From assembly GCA_964606505.1 (NCBI GenBank), contig CAZSGM010000003.1, positions 44,696-108,695 on the forward strand: a DNA stretch of 64,000 bases, read 5' to 3'. Within the stretch, counting starts at the first letter, position 1, and each line of letters begins with the position of its first letter. Position numbers and translations under genes: made by a program. The DNA comes from an uncultured Lachnospiraceae bacterium. Its GTDB lineage: Bacteria; Bacillota; Clostridia; Christensenellales; UBA1242. The notes beneath the pieces are model-generated. The model was not told the DNA's origin. It saw only the letters and a program-made list of their open reading frames with translations, and made no database searches. Shown here piece after piece: positions 43,704-54,600 of this stretch.

Positions 43704-45344
43704 TTAATATACCTTCAAAATCTGGTTGTTGATGTTGTTTGCAATATCCTCAAGTGATTGCACAAACAATAAAATTGTTTCAAAATTCTGCAACTTTGCC
43801 TTTCGTTCCTCGGGCTTATCGCTTGGCTTTTCAAGGTGCTTGTACAAAATCTTTTTAGTTTTCACACGCAACTTTGCAAGTTCTTTATCGTAAGCAAAGT
43901 CATCCTCAATTTCAATGTCGACATTTTCTAGAATTTCTTTTTCCTTAATTTTGTAAACATTTTCGTGTGCCTTGCTAATGTTTTTTAGTAACGCAAAATA
44001 CTCAAGCGCGCACTCTTTTTCGTCCGCTTTTAGGTCAGACATAGACTCTATTTTGTTTATTATTGTTAGGCAAGCTGTCGCAATTTTCTCTGACTCAAGC
44101 AAGACGTTCTGATAATACTGAAGCCTTGCGATATAGCGTGATTCTTCGTTTGAGGCAATTCTGAAAATGTTACTTTTAGTTTGCTCAACATTTGTAATAA
44201 ATATGTTAATTCTTGAGATTAAATTGGTTTTCTTGCGCTTTGTAGGCTCGTTGAAGTACGCCTCAACTTTGGCAAGAATGTCCGTTTGCTCGTCAGCAAG
44301 CTCCTGCATTCCCTTCAAAATTTGGTGGCTTGCAATCGGCAAGTTATCATACAATTTAGGGTCAAGCACAAAGATTTGCTGCTTTTCGTCCTTCTCTTTG
44401 TCAGGAATGATTTTGTATAATAGTTTGCCGTACGGCGTAACAAAAAATAGTTGCAAAACGACATTGACCGCGTTGAACACAATAAGCGTAATGATGAGCA
44501 AAAACGATGGGTTGTCAATCAGCGTACTTACCCACGAAACATACGGCGTAAATGCAAAGATGATTGCCATAAATATTGACGTCAAAATTGACACGTAAAC
44601 ATTAAATAGCGTCGCACGTTTTGCAGTAATATTTGACTTCAAACTTGCAATTATTGAAACAAAAGTCGTTCCAACATTTGCCCCAACCATAACATAAAGC
44701 GCCGATAAAAGCGTCATTGTTGCGTCGCCCGCCGCCATCATTGATACAAGTAACGCGCTCGTACCTAGGCAATGCAAACTCATCCCCAAAACAATTCCGA
44801 TAAGTATTAAAAGCAGTGGGTTTGTCATCGACTCAATCGCGCTTGCAACGCTAGGTACTTCGGTAACCGCCTCCATACCTATGCTCATCATCTTCATTCC
44901 GCAAAACAACAGTCCAAAACACGTAATTGTTTTTCCAATTTTAACCGTTGTAGGCTTGCTAGAAAACATTGCAATTGCCGCGCCAATAAGTGTAAACAAG
45001 CCAAAAAACTCCACTATGTTAAATGACTCAAAGCAAAAAATCAGCAAAACTAGCGCAGAACCAAAATTTGCGCCCAAAAACAGCGGCAACGCTTGCATCA
45101 AGGTTAAAGCCCCAATGTTTATCAACCCAATGTACATTACAAGCGAAACGCTAGATGACTGAACCAGCACCGTGCTACCGATACCCGATGCAAATGCAAG
45201 ATATTTATTCTTCGCCATTTTGTTGATGTTTCGGCGCAAACTCTTGCTAGTTATGCCCTCAAACCCCTGTCCGAGCCCAGAAATCCCAAAAAGCAGAACC
45301 CCTAACCCTGACAATAAAAACAACAAACCATATAATGCGTCCAT
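43704..45344 (-). CDS. Na/Pi-cotransporter II-related protein with a C-terminal PhoU-like domain
   Basis: GIGSTVLVQSSSVSLVM and GANVGTT repeats, many TM helices, and a helical C-terminal domain. It lies 11 nt upstream of pgk. Confidence 0.88.
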   Translation of the reverse strand: MDALYGLLFLLSGLGVLLFGISGLGQGFEGITSKSLRRNINKMAKNKYLAFASGIGSTVLVQSSSVSLVMYIGLINIGALTLMQALPLFLGANFGSALVLLIFCFESFNIVEFFGLFTLIGAAIAMFSSKPTTVKIGKTITCFGLLFCGMKMMSIGMEAVTEVPSVASAIESMTNPLLLILIGIVLGMSLHCLGTSALLVSMMAAGDATMTLLSALYVMVGANVGTTFVSIIASLKSNITAKRATLFNVYVSILTSIFMAIIFAFTPYVSWVSTLIDNPSFLLIITLIVFNAVNVVLQLFFVTPYGKLLYKIIPDKEKDEKQQIFVLDPKLYDNLPIASHQILKGMQELADEQTDILAKVEAYFNEPTKRKKTNLISRINIFITNVEQTKSNIFRIASNEESRYIARLQYYQNVLLESEKIATACLTIINKIESMSDLKADEKECALEYFALLKNISKAHENVYKIKEKEILENVDIEIEDDFAYDKELAKLRVKTKKILYKHLEKPSDKPEERKAKLQNFETILLFVQSLEDIANNINNQILKVY

Positions 45345-45453
45345 AATACTCCTTATAATAATAAAGTATATAATTTTTGCAAGATTAAAACAAGCAAAAT
45401 AAGCGCATTTTTGCAGTTTTTTAATATTTTTTTGAAAAAAACAACCCCAACAA

Positions 45454-45482
45454 TTGACTCAAACAACCGCATATGCTAAAAT
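45454..45482 (+). promoter_or_regulatory. Extended -10 promoter placed for a leaderless dusB mRNA
   Basis: TTGACT (45454-45459), 17-nt spacer, TGcTAAAAT (-10 at 45477-45482), then 6 nt (ATAGCA) and the ATG at 45489. No SD. Confidence 0.6.
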
Positions 45483-45488
45483 ATAGCA

Positions 45489-46412
45489 ATGGAAAGAGTA
45501 AAATTTAAAAGCAACATCGTCCTTGCGCCGTTAGCAGGTTATACCGACGCAGGGTTTAGGCGCATTTGTGCAGACTTAGGCGCAGGACTAACAACCACTG
45601 AAATGGTTAGCGCAAAGGGACTGCATTACGGTAACGAAAACACGGAATATTTATTAAAAAATTGTGGCGAAACCCCACTAAGTGTCCAAATTTTTGGCAA
45701 TGACCCTGAAATTATGGCTGAAGCGTGCCAAAACGAAAAGTTGCAAGCATTTGACGCAATTGATATCAATATGGGCTGTCCTGTCCCAAAAATTGTTAAA
45801 AACGGCGAAGGGAGTGCCCTGCTCAAGGATATGAAACTTGCTGAAAAGGTTATAAAGGCTTGCACGTCCGCCACAAACAAGCCCGTTTCAGTAAAATTTA
45901 GGCTTGGGTTCGACAAAAATGAGGACATAGCGGTCGAATTTGCAAAAATGTGCGAGGCGGCGGGCGCGGCGTACATTGTTATTCACGGAAGAACTCGCGA
46001 AGAGTATTACACTGGGACGGCACGCCTAGCTAGCATATTTGAGGCGGCGAGCGCAGTTAAAATCCCCGTTTTTGCGAACGGAGACATTAAAACAAAGGCG
46101 GACTATGATTTTGTTATGAACAACAGCGCGTGTTATGGCGTCGCAATCGGCAGGGCTAGCGTTGGGAACCCCTTTATTTTCAATAACTTCTCCACCCCGA
46201 CCGCACAGCAGTTAACCGATACAATTAATAAACACTACAACTATTTGACGCAGTGTTTTGACGACCACTATATTTTTTCTAACTTCAGAAAACACCTTTG
46301 CGCATATATCGGCACGTGTAAAAATGCGCGCGCGTATCGCGATTTGATTTTTAAATCTAACAACATTCGCGAAGCAATTACCCTTGCAATTGAAGCAATT
46401 AATCAAGCATAA
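45489..46412 (+). CDS. dusB: tRNA-dihydrouridine synthase
   Basis: LAPLAGYTDAGFR, IDINMGCPVPKIV and HGRTREEYY. Confidence 0.93.
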   Translation: MERVKFKSNIVLAPLAGYTDAGFRRICADLGAGLTTTEMVSAKGLHYGNENTEYLLKNCGETPLSVQIFGNDPEIMAEACQNEKLQAFDAIDINMGCPVPKIVKNGEGSALLKDMKLAEKVIKACTSATNKPVSVKFRLGFDKNEDIAVEFAKMCEAAGAAYIVIHGRTREEYYTGTARLASIFEAASAVKIPVFANGDIKTKADYDFVMNNSACYGVAIGRASVGNPFIFNNFSTPTAQQLTDTINKHYNYLTQCFDDHYIFSNFRKHLCAYIGTCKNARAYRDLIFKSNNIREAITLAIEAINQA

Positions 46413-46452
46413 CCATATTATATGACTTGAACATAACCATCATAGGACTAAA

Positions 46453-46477
46453 ACACGCCATTTGGCGTGTTTTTTTA
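46453..46477 (+). terminator. dusB terminator
   Basis: ACACGCC-ATTT-GGCGTGT followed by TTTTTTT. Confidence 0.8.
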
Positions 46478-46503
46478 ACTCTGCAGCAGAACAAAATTCC
46501 CCA

Positions 46504-46543
46504 ACAAAAAAACACTTAAGGGCGACCTGCTTACCCTTAAGTG
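46504..46543 (-). terminator. hup terminator
   Basis: Minus strand reads CACTTAAGGG-(11 nt)-CCCTTAAGTG followed by TTTTTTTGTT. Confidence 0.8.
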
Positions 46544-46561
46544 CTATATGGAAATGAACAA

Positions 46562-46834
46562 TTATTGAATATCTGCCTTAAATGTTTTACCTGCTTTAAA
46601 CGAAGGAGCCTTAGAAGCGGCAATCTTGATTGATTCGCCAGTTCTTGGGTCTCTACCAATTCTTTCTTCTCTTTCACGAACTTCAAATTTACCGATACCT
46701 GAAATAACAAGTTCGCCACCCTCTTTCAATGTTTCAACCAAAACATCGTAGCAAGCGTCTAGAAGTTCTCCACAGTCTTTTTTGCTGATGCCAGTTTTTG
46801 CTGAAATAGCATCAATGTACTCTTGTTTGTTCAT
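46562..46834 (-). CDS. hup: DNA-binding protein HU
   Basis: MNKQEYIDAISAKTGISKKD...GFGKFEVRER-like GIGKFEVREREERIGRDPRTGE. Confidence 0.93.
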   Translation of the reverse strand: MNKQEYIDAISAKTGISKKDCGELLDACYDVLVETLKEGGELVISGIGKFEVREREERIGRDPRTGESIKIAASKAPSFKAGKTFKADIQ

Positions 46835-46943
46835 ATTATATACTCTCCTTGTGTTTTATAATATGCTTTATTATAGCATAAAAACAAGTTAAAGTCTAGC
46901 ATTTTACTGCCATTTTGACAATTTCTTGCATTTTTTTTAAAAA

Positions 46944-47216
46944 CTAAAAAATCTCGCTTTTTAACCAACTCCCAAACTTAAAAACAGGCACGCGCTTCGC
47001 TTTGTACTTAACAAATTTATTTGTTGCGGGGTTATAGCCCATCCGCGCCTTTCGCTCAACGACTTTAAAACTGCCAAAGTTGACCAAACAAACCGAGTCT
47101 CCTCTTTTTAGTGTTTCAATTATTATATCTTGATACGCCTCAACAGCTGCTTTGCTGTCTTTCAATGAAATGTTTGCCCTTTTTGCCAATTCCTCAACAA
47201 GTGTTTTCTTGTTCAT
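46944..47216 (-). CDS. HU/IHF-family DNA-binding protein (second paralogue)
   Basis: MNKKTLVEELAKRANISLKD...FGSFKVVERKARMGYNPATNK. The ATG at 47216 follows GGAGGG. Confidence 0.88.
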   Translation of the reverse strand: MNKKTLVEELAKRANISLKDSKAAVEAYQDIIIETLKRGDSVCLVNFGSFKVVERKARMGYNPATNKFVKYKAKRVPVFKFGSWLKSEIF

Positions 47217-47420
47217 TTGCACCCTCCGTGAAAAAGTTTAGACATTTTAGGCGTTTTTAAACAATATTTAAGGAAATTTAGGTTGAAAAGTAATTTTTGA
47301 AGCACTAAACAAATTCTAAAGGCGCATATGTTAAAAAGTTATCCTGCTGCCCCACAACTTTCACTGCGACACTTACTGGACGCCCCTCCCACGAATTGAA
47401 ATTTTTAAACTATTTAGGTT

Positions 47421-48986
47421 TTAATCCTGTAAATTTTTAGGCGCAAGTCGCGTTTTTAGCGCGCGCAAAACGCTTTCTTTAGTAAAAAACCTCCCATAAC
47501 TCAAAATTAAAATCGTTAATACGAATGTTGCGCCACCTACTAAAAACATTGTTATCGTTTGCAACGTTCCAATTCCAATAATCTGCTTGATTGATAACAT
47601 TGCAGCCACCATCATTACTCCCGCCAAAACTGGAGTTATAATAGAGTAACGCAGCGAGAGCCGAATTTTGATGCTACTGCACAACTTCTGCAGATTGAGC
47701 GCAGCACACACAATGTAACAAGCAAGCGTTGACCACATCGCGCCGTAAATATTTATGCTAGGCACCAAAACGAGCACAAGCGTTAACATCACTTTCAAAA
47801 AACACGCGCCAACCATATTGTAAACTGGCACTTTCGCCATATTGATTGCCTGCAAAATAGTTGTCGCTATCTGTACAAGTGCTATAAATAAAATTGCGAC
47901 CGAGCCAATCCTCAAAAGGTTAGTTGCGACCTGAAACTCGTTTATCGCCCCAACCCTCAACCCATCTTTAAACAAGAAAAATACGACATCCTTAGGAAAA
48001 ACGAAAAACAGCATTACGCACGGAATTGAAATTAACAACACTATTTCTAGGGCAAAACTTGCCCTATCAGAAACCGCACCTGCACCATTTTGTGCGTACA
48101 ATTTGGAAATTATCGGAATTGCCATTGTTGAAACAGCCATTGTCAAAACAACGGGCAAGTTGATTAGCGAGTTGACAACGCCCGTCAGAATGCCGTACAT
48201 ATTGGTTGCGCTTGAAGTATCGTACCCAATAGTTTTTAGCAGATTTATAATCAAAAAACTGTCTATTAATAGCGTTAGCGGCATTACCATACTGCTTAGC
48301 GTCATTGGAACGGTTGTTTTGACTATTGACCTTACGGAAACATTTTGATAATTAAGTCGTGGAGTCTTCTTTTTTGCGAGCAAATATTGAATAACAATCA
48401 TGACTAGCGCAAATATCTCGCTCATTGTAACTCCCAAAACCGCACCAAGCGCGCCGTACATAATGCCGCGGTTGATTAGCAAACTTGAAAATAGTAACCC
48501 TAATATGAGTTTAAAAAGCTGTTCAATTATCAAGGAAATTGAGGTCGGCAAAATGTTTTGCTTGCCCTGAAAATATCCACGAAACACCGAGAGAATGCCG
48601 ACAAAAAATATTGCAGGCGCAATTCCGACATACACTAGCCACGCGTCAATGTTCCCCTGCAGCGCCGCAATGGGTTTTGAGAGTAAAATGAGCGCTAAAC
48701 TCATAACCAACGACAAACCAGCAAACACAAACAGCGATTTAATAACGATTGCTCTATTTTGCTCCTCTTTTCCGCTCGCAATAAGTTTTGCAATCGCATT
48801 AGGAACTCCCGTCGAACACAAAACTAGCAGCGTTGAATAAAGCGGAAAAATTAGTTGATATAACCCCAGCCCTTCCGCACCAAGTATGTATGTTAGCGGA
48901 ATGCGATAAACTGCGCCAATAACTTTTGCCAAAAAACTTGCAAACGCCAAAATTAGCGAACCCATAATAAAATTTTGCTTTTTCAT
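47421..48986 (-). CDS. spoVB: SpoVB/MurJ-like MOP-superfamily flippase (probable stage V sporulation protein B)
   Basis: About 14 TM helices. The N-terminus FIMGSLILAFASFLAKVIGAVYRIPLTYILGAEGLGLYQL resembles SpoVB. It lies adjacent to spoVT. Confidence 0.8.
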   Translation of the reverse strand: MKKQNFIMGSLILAFASFLAKVIGAVYRIPLTYILGAEGLGLYQLIFPLYSTLLVLCSTGVPNAIAKLIASGKEEQNRAIVIKSLFVFAGLSLVMSLALILLSKPIAALQGNIDAWLVYVGIAPAIFFVGILSVFRGYFQGKQNILPTSISLIIEQLFKLILGLLFSSLLINRGIMYGALGAVLGVTMSEIFALVMIVIQYLLAKKKTPRLNYQNVSVRSIVKTTVPMTLSSMVMPLTLLIDSFLIINLLKTIGYDTSSATNMYGILTGVVNSLINLPVVLTMAVSTMAIPIISKLYAQNGAGAVSDRASFALEIVLLISIPCVMLFFVFPKDVVFFLFKDGLRVGAINEFQVATNLLRIGSVAILFIALVQIATTILQAINMAKVPVYNMVGACFLKVMLTLVLVLVPSINIYGAMWSTLACYIVCAALNLQKLCSSIKIRLSLRYSIITPVLAGVMMVAAMLSIKQIIGIGTLQTITMFLVGGATFVLTILILSYGRFFTKESVLRALKTRLAPKNLQD

Positions 48987-49198
48987 AACTTAAGTTTGTG
49001 CAAAATTGCGCATAATATGTAATTAAAAAAGTAAGTTTCGCACAGTTAAGTTGTCCCTCTTGCCGTGCACTACTCACTCAAATTAGCCGCACTTGAGTCT
49101 TGCCCATTTACCAATATTTAGTAAAGTTTCGGCGATTGAACCTGAATATTTTTAAGCAGATTACAAATATTATCAAAGAAAACATCAAGGAGAAAATT

Positions 49199-49711
49199 AT
49201 GAAAGGAACAGGAATTATAAGACGTTTAGACGAACTTGGAAGAATAGTTATCCCAAAGGAGATACGCAAAAGTTTACATATAAAGGAGGGCACACCACTT
49301 GAAATATCAATACAGGAAAACGAAATTAAACTTAAAAAGTACTCCCCTGTGTATGAACTTGGCGAAAATGCAAAAAGTTGCGCAGAAATACTTTACGACA
49401 CTTTGGGTGTTCCTGTTTACATAACTGACTTAGAAAACTTAGTTTCCTGCGCAGGGACAAAGTTTACAGAACAAAAACTCAAACAGCCTATAAAAAAACA
49501 CATTGAAAAACGCGCAATTTGCAATTTACAAAACTTCAACTCAAGCATTTTTGAAGACGAATTAATCAATCACAAAAACATTTTAATAAGCCCGCTAATT
49601 ATTGACGGGGATGTTTTAGGCAGCATTATAGTTGATTACAAAGAATGCACGCAAAAACTACTTGACAGCATAAAAATAGCAACAATGTTTGCCTCAAAAT
49701 TAGCAAGTTAA
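49199..49711 (+). CDS. spoVT: Stage V sporulation protein T (AbrB-type N-terminus plus GAF-like C-terminus)
   Basis: MKGTGIIRRLDELGRIVIPKEIRKSLHIKEGTPLEI...LKKYSP closely parallels B. subtilis SpoVT. The ATG at 49199 follows AAGGAG. Confidence 0.9.
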   Translation: MKGTGIIRRLDELGRIVIPKEIRKSLHIKEGTPLEISIQENEIKLKKYSPVYELGENAKSCAEILYDTLGVPVYITDLENLVSCAGTKFTEQKLKQPIKKHIEKRAICNLQNFNSSIFEDELINHKNILISPLIIDGDVLGSIIVDYKECTQKLLDSIKIATMFASKLAS

Positions 49712-49757
49712 TTGCTACATACATTACCATTTGATTTGCTTTTTTAGATATGTATGA

Positions 49758-49795
49758 CAAAAAAATACTCTCAAGCAATACTTGAGAGTATTTTA
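49758..49795. terminator. Bidirectional terminator between spoVT and ftsY
   Basis: ATACTCTCAAG (49765-49775) / CTTGAGAGTAT (49781-49791). It is flanked by A7 on the left and T4 on the right. Confidence 0.8.
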
Positions 49796-49801
49796 CTATA
49801 C

Positions 49802-49850
49802 ATACAACATATGGAGTATTCTATATGTTGTAATACCCCATATGTTGTGT
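49802..49850. repeat. Tandem-palindrome element, copy D
   Basis: ATACAACATATGGAGT (49802-49817) and ACCCCATATGTTGTGT (49835-49850), centres 33 bp apart. It aligns best with copy C and abuts the ftsY stop codon. Confidence 0.75.
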
Positions 49851-49856
49851 ATTATA

Positions 49857-51503
49857 TTAAATTATTCCATCGACAAATTCTTCTACATTAAATGGCACAA
49901 TGTCGTCAATTCCCTCTCCAACTCCTACAAATTTAACAGGGATTTCAAACTCATTGCAAATGCTCACGACAATTCCACCCTTTGCAGTCCCGTCAAGTTT
50001 AGTCAAGACGATACCACTTAAATCAATCGCTGAGTCAAACTCTCTAACCTGATTTATAGCGTTTTGTCCAGTAGTTGCGTCAAGCACAATGTATCTCTCA
50101 AAGTGCGCATTTTCCCAGTTCTTGGTTGCGACACGGTTAACCTTGGAAAGTTCTTCCATCAAGTTAACCTTGTTATGCAAACGCCCCGCAGTATCGACTA
50201 AAACAACATCAAAACCTTTGGACTTAGCGAAACTAATTCCATCGAAAACAACGCTCGCCGAATCCGCGCCCTCTTCTTGCTTAACAATCTTAACATCTGC
50301 GCGATTTGCCCAAACATTAAGCTGTGCGCTCGCTGCCGCTCTAAATGTATCGCCTGCAACAACGACAACTTTTTTGCCAAGGTTGCTGTAGTAGTTTGCC
50401 AACTTCCCGATACTGGTTGTTTTACCAACCCCGTTAACGCCTACAACAATGATAACCTTAGGGAAGGTTTCATCAAACTCGTCGTCTTCGTAATTTGACA
50501 TCATTTCCGAAATAACCTCGCGCAAAGCGGTTTTTGCCTCTTCGCAAGTTTTCAACTTCTCTTTTTTGCATTTTACGCGCAAAGTCTCAATGATTTCCTC
50601 CGAAGTTTCAAATCCAAGGTCGGATGAAATAAGTATATCTTCCAAATCCTCAAAAAACTCGTCGTCAATTTCTTTGTGAAAAATTGCGTCAATCTTGCTT
50701 GAGATTGCGTCTTTTGTCTTTTTGAGTGCATTTTTAATGCGCTTAAAGAACCCAACTTTTTCTTTCTTGGATTGTTTTTTCTCGTCGTCGCCTGCGTTTT
50801 CGTCGCAAAGTTCCGCTTCCTCAAGTTGTTCGTTCTCGACAAGTTCTTGGACTTCAAATTCGCCCTCAACATTACTTTCAGACTCGGTTTCTTCCTGCAC
50901 TTCCTCTACGCTATCCTTATCCGACTGCGCAACTTCTTTGTTTTGTGAAACCCCTTCTGTGGTACTTTCATTTGCGGGAACTTCAGTTTTAAGGTCAATC
51001 TGATTTTCATCTGAACGCTCAGCCGCTTCCACTTCGGTTGCTGTTTTTAAAACAACATTATCCGCTTGAGGGGCATTTACAGTATCTTCAGTGGTTTCAA
51101 GTGAAGAGTTTTCGATTTGCTTATCGCTTTCAATGGCGGTCGCTGTGTTGTTTTCAACCTCAGTCTGTTCGTCTGCAACTTCTGCAGTTTCACAAACCTC
51201 ACTCTCGTTTTTAGGCAACTCAAATTGCTCGTTAACCGTAACCTCCGCAGTTGGCACAGGCCTCTCAGTATCTTCGCGCACGGCAAACTCATTCCCCGTT
51301 TCAACCTCGCAAGGTGTGTCGGCTTGCATGATTACATCGCTTTCGCAAACCTCAGCTTGCACATCAGTTATGTTGCTAGCCTCGCCACTGCTTTGAAGTT
51401 CCTCTTCATCAATTTTAACATCATCAAGTTTTTTATCGCCATTTAATTCCGACGCTTTATTTTTGTTCTTTTTATCTTTTTTAAACCAATTAAATAATCC
51501 CAT
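49857..51503 (-). CDS. ftsY: Signal recognition particle receptor FtsY with a long acidic N-terminal domain
   Basis: C-terminal NG domain (VGVNGVGKTTSIGKLA, DTAGRL, TKLDGTAKGG). The N-terminal ~240 aa is rich in E, D, T and V. Confidence 0.95.
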   Translation of the reverse strand: MGLFNWFKKDKKNKNKASELNGDKKLDDVKIDEEELQSSGEASNITDVQAEVCESDVIMQADTPCEVETGNEFAVREDTERPVPTAEVTVNEQFELPKNESEVCETAEVADEQTEVENNTATAIESDKQIENSSLETTEDTVNAPQADNVVLKTATEVEAAERSDENQIDLKTEVPANESTTEGVSQNKEVAQSDKDSVEEVQEETESESNVEGEFEVQELVENEQLEEAELCDENAGDDEKKQSKKEKVGFFKRIKNALKKTKDAISSKIDAIFHKEIDDEFFEDLEDILISSDLGFETSEEIIETLRVKCKKEKLKTCEEAKTALREVISEMMSNYEDDEFDETFPKVIIVVGVNGVGKTTSIGKLANYYSNLGKKVVVVAGDTFRAAASAQLNVWANRADVKIVKQEEGADSASVVFDGISFAKSKGFDVVLVDTAGRLHNKVNLMEELSKVNRVATKNWENAHFERYIVLDATTGQNAINQVREFDSAIDLSGIVLTKLDGTAKGGIVVSICNEFEIPVKFVGVGEGIDDIVPFNVEEFVDGII

Positions 51504-51614
51504 AATAATCCCTTATTTCGCTGTTTTAGCCTAATAAAATTTGAAGGCTGCAAATCTAAAATTCGCCCGCCTTCAATACTATTTACGCCACAAACAAACC
51601 ATCAAAATGTTTTA

Positions 51615-54600
51615 CTAACCTTGCGCTGGCTCAGCATTTGCCAAAGCGTCAGAAAGTTTAACAGATACAATTTTTGAAACGCCCTTTTCTTCCATAGTAA
51701 CACCATAGAGTGAATCGGCAAGTTCCATTGTTGGTTTTCTGTGCGTAATAACAATAAATTGCGTATCCTTAGAAAATCTATGTAAGTATTTTGCAAATCT
51801 TTCAACATTCGCATCGTCAAGCGCCGCCTCGATTTCGTCAAGCAAACAGAATGGCATTGGGCGAAGTTTCAATATTGCAAACAAAATCGCAATCGCCGTG
51901 AGTGCCTGCTCCCCACCACTCAACAAACTCAAGTTTGTAACCTTCTTACCAGGTGGCTCCGCTTGAATATCTACGCCTGCCTCAAGCGCGTCTTCCGATT
52001 CAGTTAACACCAAACGCGCGTTCCCGCCGCCAAACAATTCGCGGAAAGTCTTTGTGAAGTTGTTGTTGATTTGCTCAAATGCGTCATCAAACTTTTGCGT
52101 CATTTCGGTAGAAAGTTCCTTAATAATGGTCAACAAATCATCCTCGGCTTTCTTGTCGTCCTCCATTTCGCTAGTCATTTCTTCATAACGAGCTGACAAC
52201 TCCTTAATATCTTCAATTGCACTCATATTAACGTACCCAAGTTTACTGATTTCTTTCTTAATCTCAATAATTCGTGGCATTGACTGCTCAGAATTAAAAT
52301 TCTCATCACGATACATCAAGCAGCCGTCGTAATCGAGTTCGTATTCTTCAGCAATTCGTTCTGCCATAGCATTAAGGTCGTCGTCAATCTTTTGGAGGTT
52401 CATTTCCTCGTGAATTTTGCGCTCTTGCACTTTTGTGTAGTCGGCGTTAATCATTATTCTTTCTTGCTCAATCAACTTCAAACTGAGTTGATGCTCTTGC
52501 TTAACCTTATCAAGTTCAGTCAGTTGCCCCTTAGCGTCGTCAAGTTCGCCCTGCAACCTAAAGTAGTCGCTGTTGTTGCCGTCGCTCATCTGCGCGTTCT
52601 TCTCTTTTTCAATGTCGCTTTGAGACTTTGCCAACTCATTTGTAAGTGCAATAATCTTATTATCAAGCACTGCAATGTCGTTTTTCAGATTTTCAACATC
52701 TTCGTTAAACGCCTCGATTTCGCTCTCAACTGTAGCAATTTGCACTTTAAGTGCAGTATTGTCGGCGTTGTATTGCTCTTTCTTTGAGCGGAGTAAATCA
52801 TATTGGCTTTGACGTTTTGAAATGCATTCATTTGCATTTAACCTGCTGTTGCTAATGGTGTTTTCAAGTTCGTCAACGCTATTGATTTCATCTTCAATCG
52901 CTTTTGCACGCGCATTGCTTTCGTTGTAAATATGTCTCAAACGTTCAAGTTCTTTTTGTGTTTCGCCGAACTCAACGCCTGTTTTTTGCGAAGTTTCAAG
53001 GTTTGTCGCAAGTTCGATTTGCATTGCAACCAATTTTTCGTCAATTTTTGTAATCTTTTCAGTTAACTCGGCAATCTCTTTGTTGTTGCCCTCGTTTTCT
53101 TTTGACAAACTTTCAAGTTTTTGACGTTTCTTGTCAATATCCGCTTTTAGCGTTTCAATTTCCTTTTCACGACCTAAAATATTGTTGATTTCAGCCTTTT
53201 TGCTACCACCAGTAATTGAACCCTGCGGATTAACAATGTCTCCCTCAAGCGAAACGATTTTGAAGCCAAACCTTGAGTTTTGTGCGAGCGCAACTGCCGT
53301 ATCAAGCGTATCAACAATTACAGTCCCACCCAACAAACTTGCAAAAACATTGCTCATTTTCTTGTCAAACTCAATCAAGTCGCACGCGACGCCAAAAACG
53401 CCGTCTCTATTTAGTAATTTCTTTGTTTCTGCATCCAAATAACGCGGCTTCATCGAAGTTATTGGCAAGAATGTCGCCCTACCATAGCGGTTTTCTTTTA
53501 GGTAAGAAACCAAATTCTTTGCGTCCGACTCGTCCTCGGTAACAATATTCTGAACTGCATTGCCGAGCGTAGTCTCAATCGCGATTTGGAACTTTTCGGG
53601 AACTTTAATCAAGTTCGCAACAACGCCCACAATCTTCTTTTTAAGCGCGCCATTTTTCTCGGCATCCTGCATTAGTCTCTTGACACTATAAGCAAAACCA
53701 TCAAAATCTGACTGCATTTCGCTCAACAACTTGTGTCTACTAACAACGCTAGCAAGGTTTGTCTGCAACTCCTGTGTTTCGTCAAAAATATCCTGTTTGC
53801 GAACGTTTGCCTGCTGAAGTTTGCGCTTCAAAACATCGAGATTTAAGTTGTTATCCCCAATTTCTGAATTGAGTTTTGCAATAACCTGCTCTGTCTTTGC
53901 CTTGTTAGCCTTGAGTGCGTCGTTTTTATCGGTCAAAATATTTAAACGCTGCTTCAAATCTTGACTTTGGTTGTTAAGTGCGTCCTTTTCGGCGTTCAAA
54001 CGCGAGAGGTTAGCTTTAATTTCGCCCAGCTTATCGATTGACTCAAGCAAATTCCTTTGGTTCTTATCAACCTCGTCCTCGTTCTCGGTCAATTCGTCGA
54101 CGAGGTGCAAGTATTCGTTACTCAACTTCTCCGATGCAAGTTTCAAGTCTTTGAGTTTTTGCTCATTGCTCTCAAGTTTTTTCACTTTTGCGCTCAAAAG
54201 TTTTTCAGTATCAACCTTCTCGATTTTAACGCGTTCAAGTTCGTCTTCTTTTGATTGAATGTTTTGAGTCAAAAAGTTCATTCTTTCTTGCAAAAGTTTC
54301 GTTTGCCCTGCTTGTTTTTCAATGTTTACCGACAACTCAACTACAAGATTGTGAATTTTCTCAATGTCGGCATCAATCTTTTGGATTTCAGACATTGAGC
54401 CATCATATTTTTGGTTGCAACTAGCAAGTTGCTGTTCCTTAACTTTCAGTTCATCCTCAATTGCGGCAATTTTATCGCGAACTTGTTGTCTACGATTGTT
54501 TGCAGTATCACATTGGATGAGGTACGCGTTTATTTCCAGCCCACGCAACTCATCCTTAAGCGCGAGGCACTTTTTTGCATCCTCAGCTTGTTTGCGCATT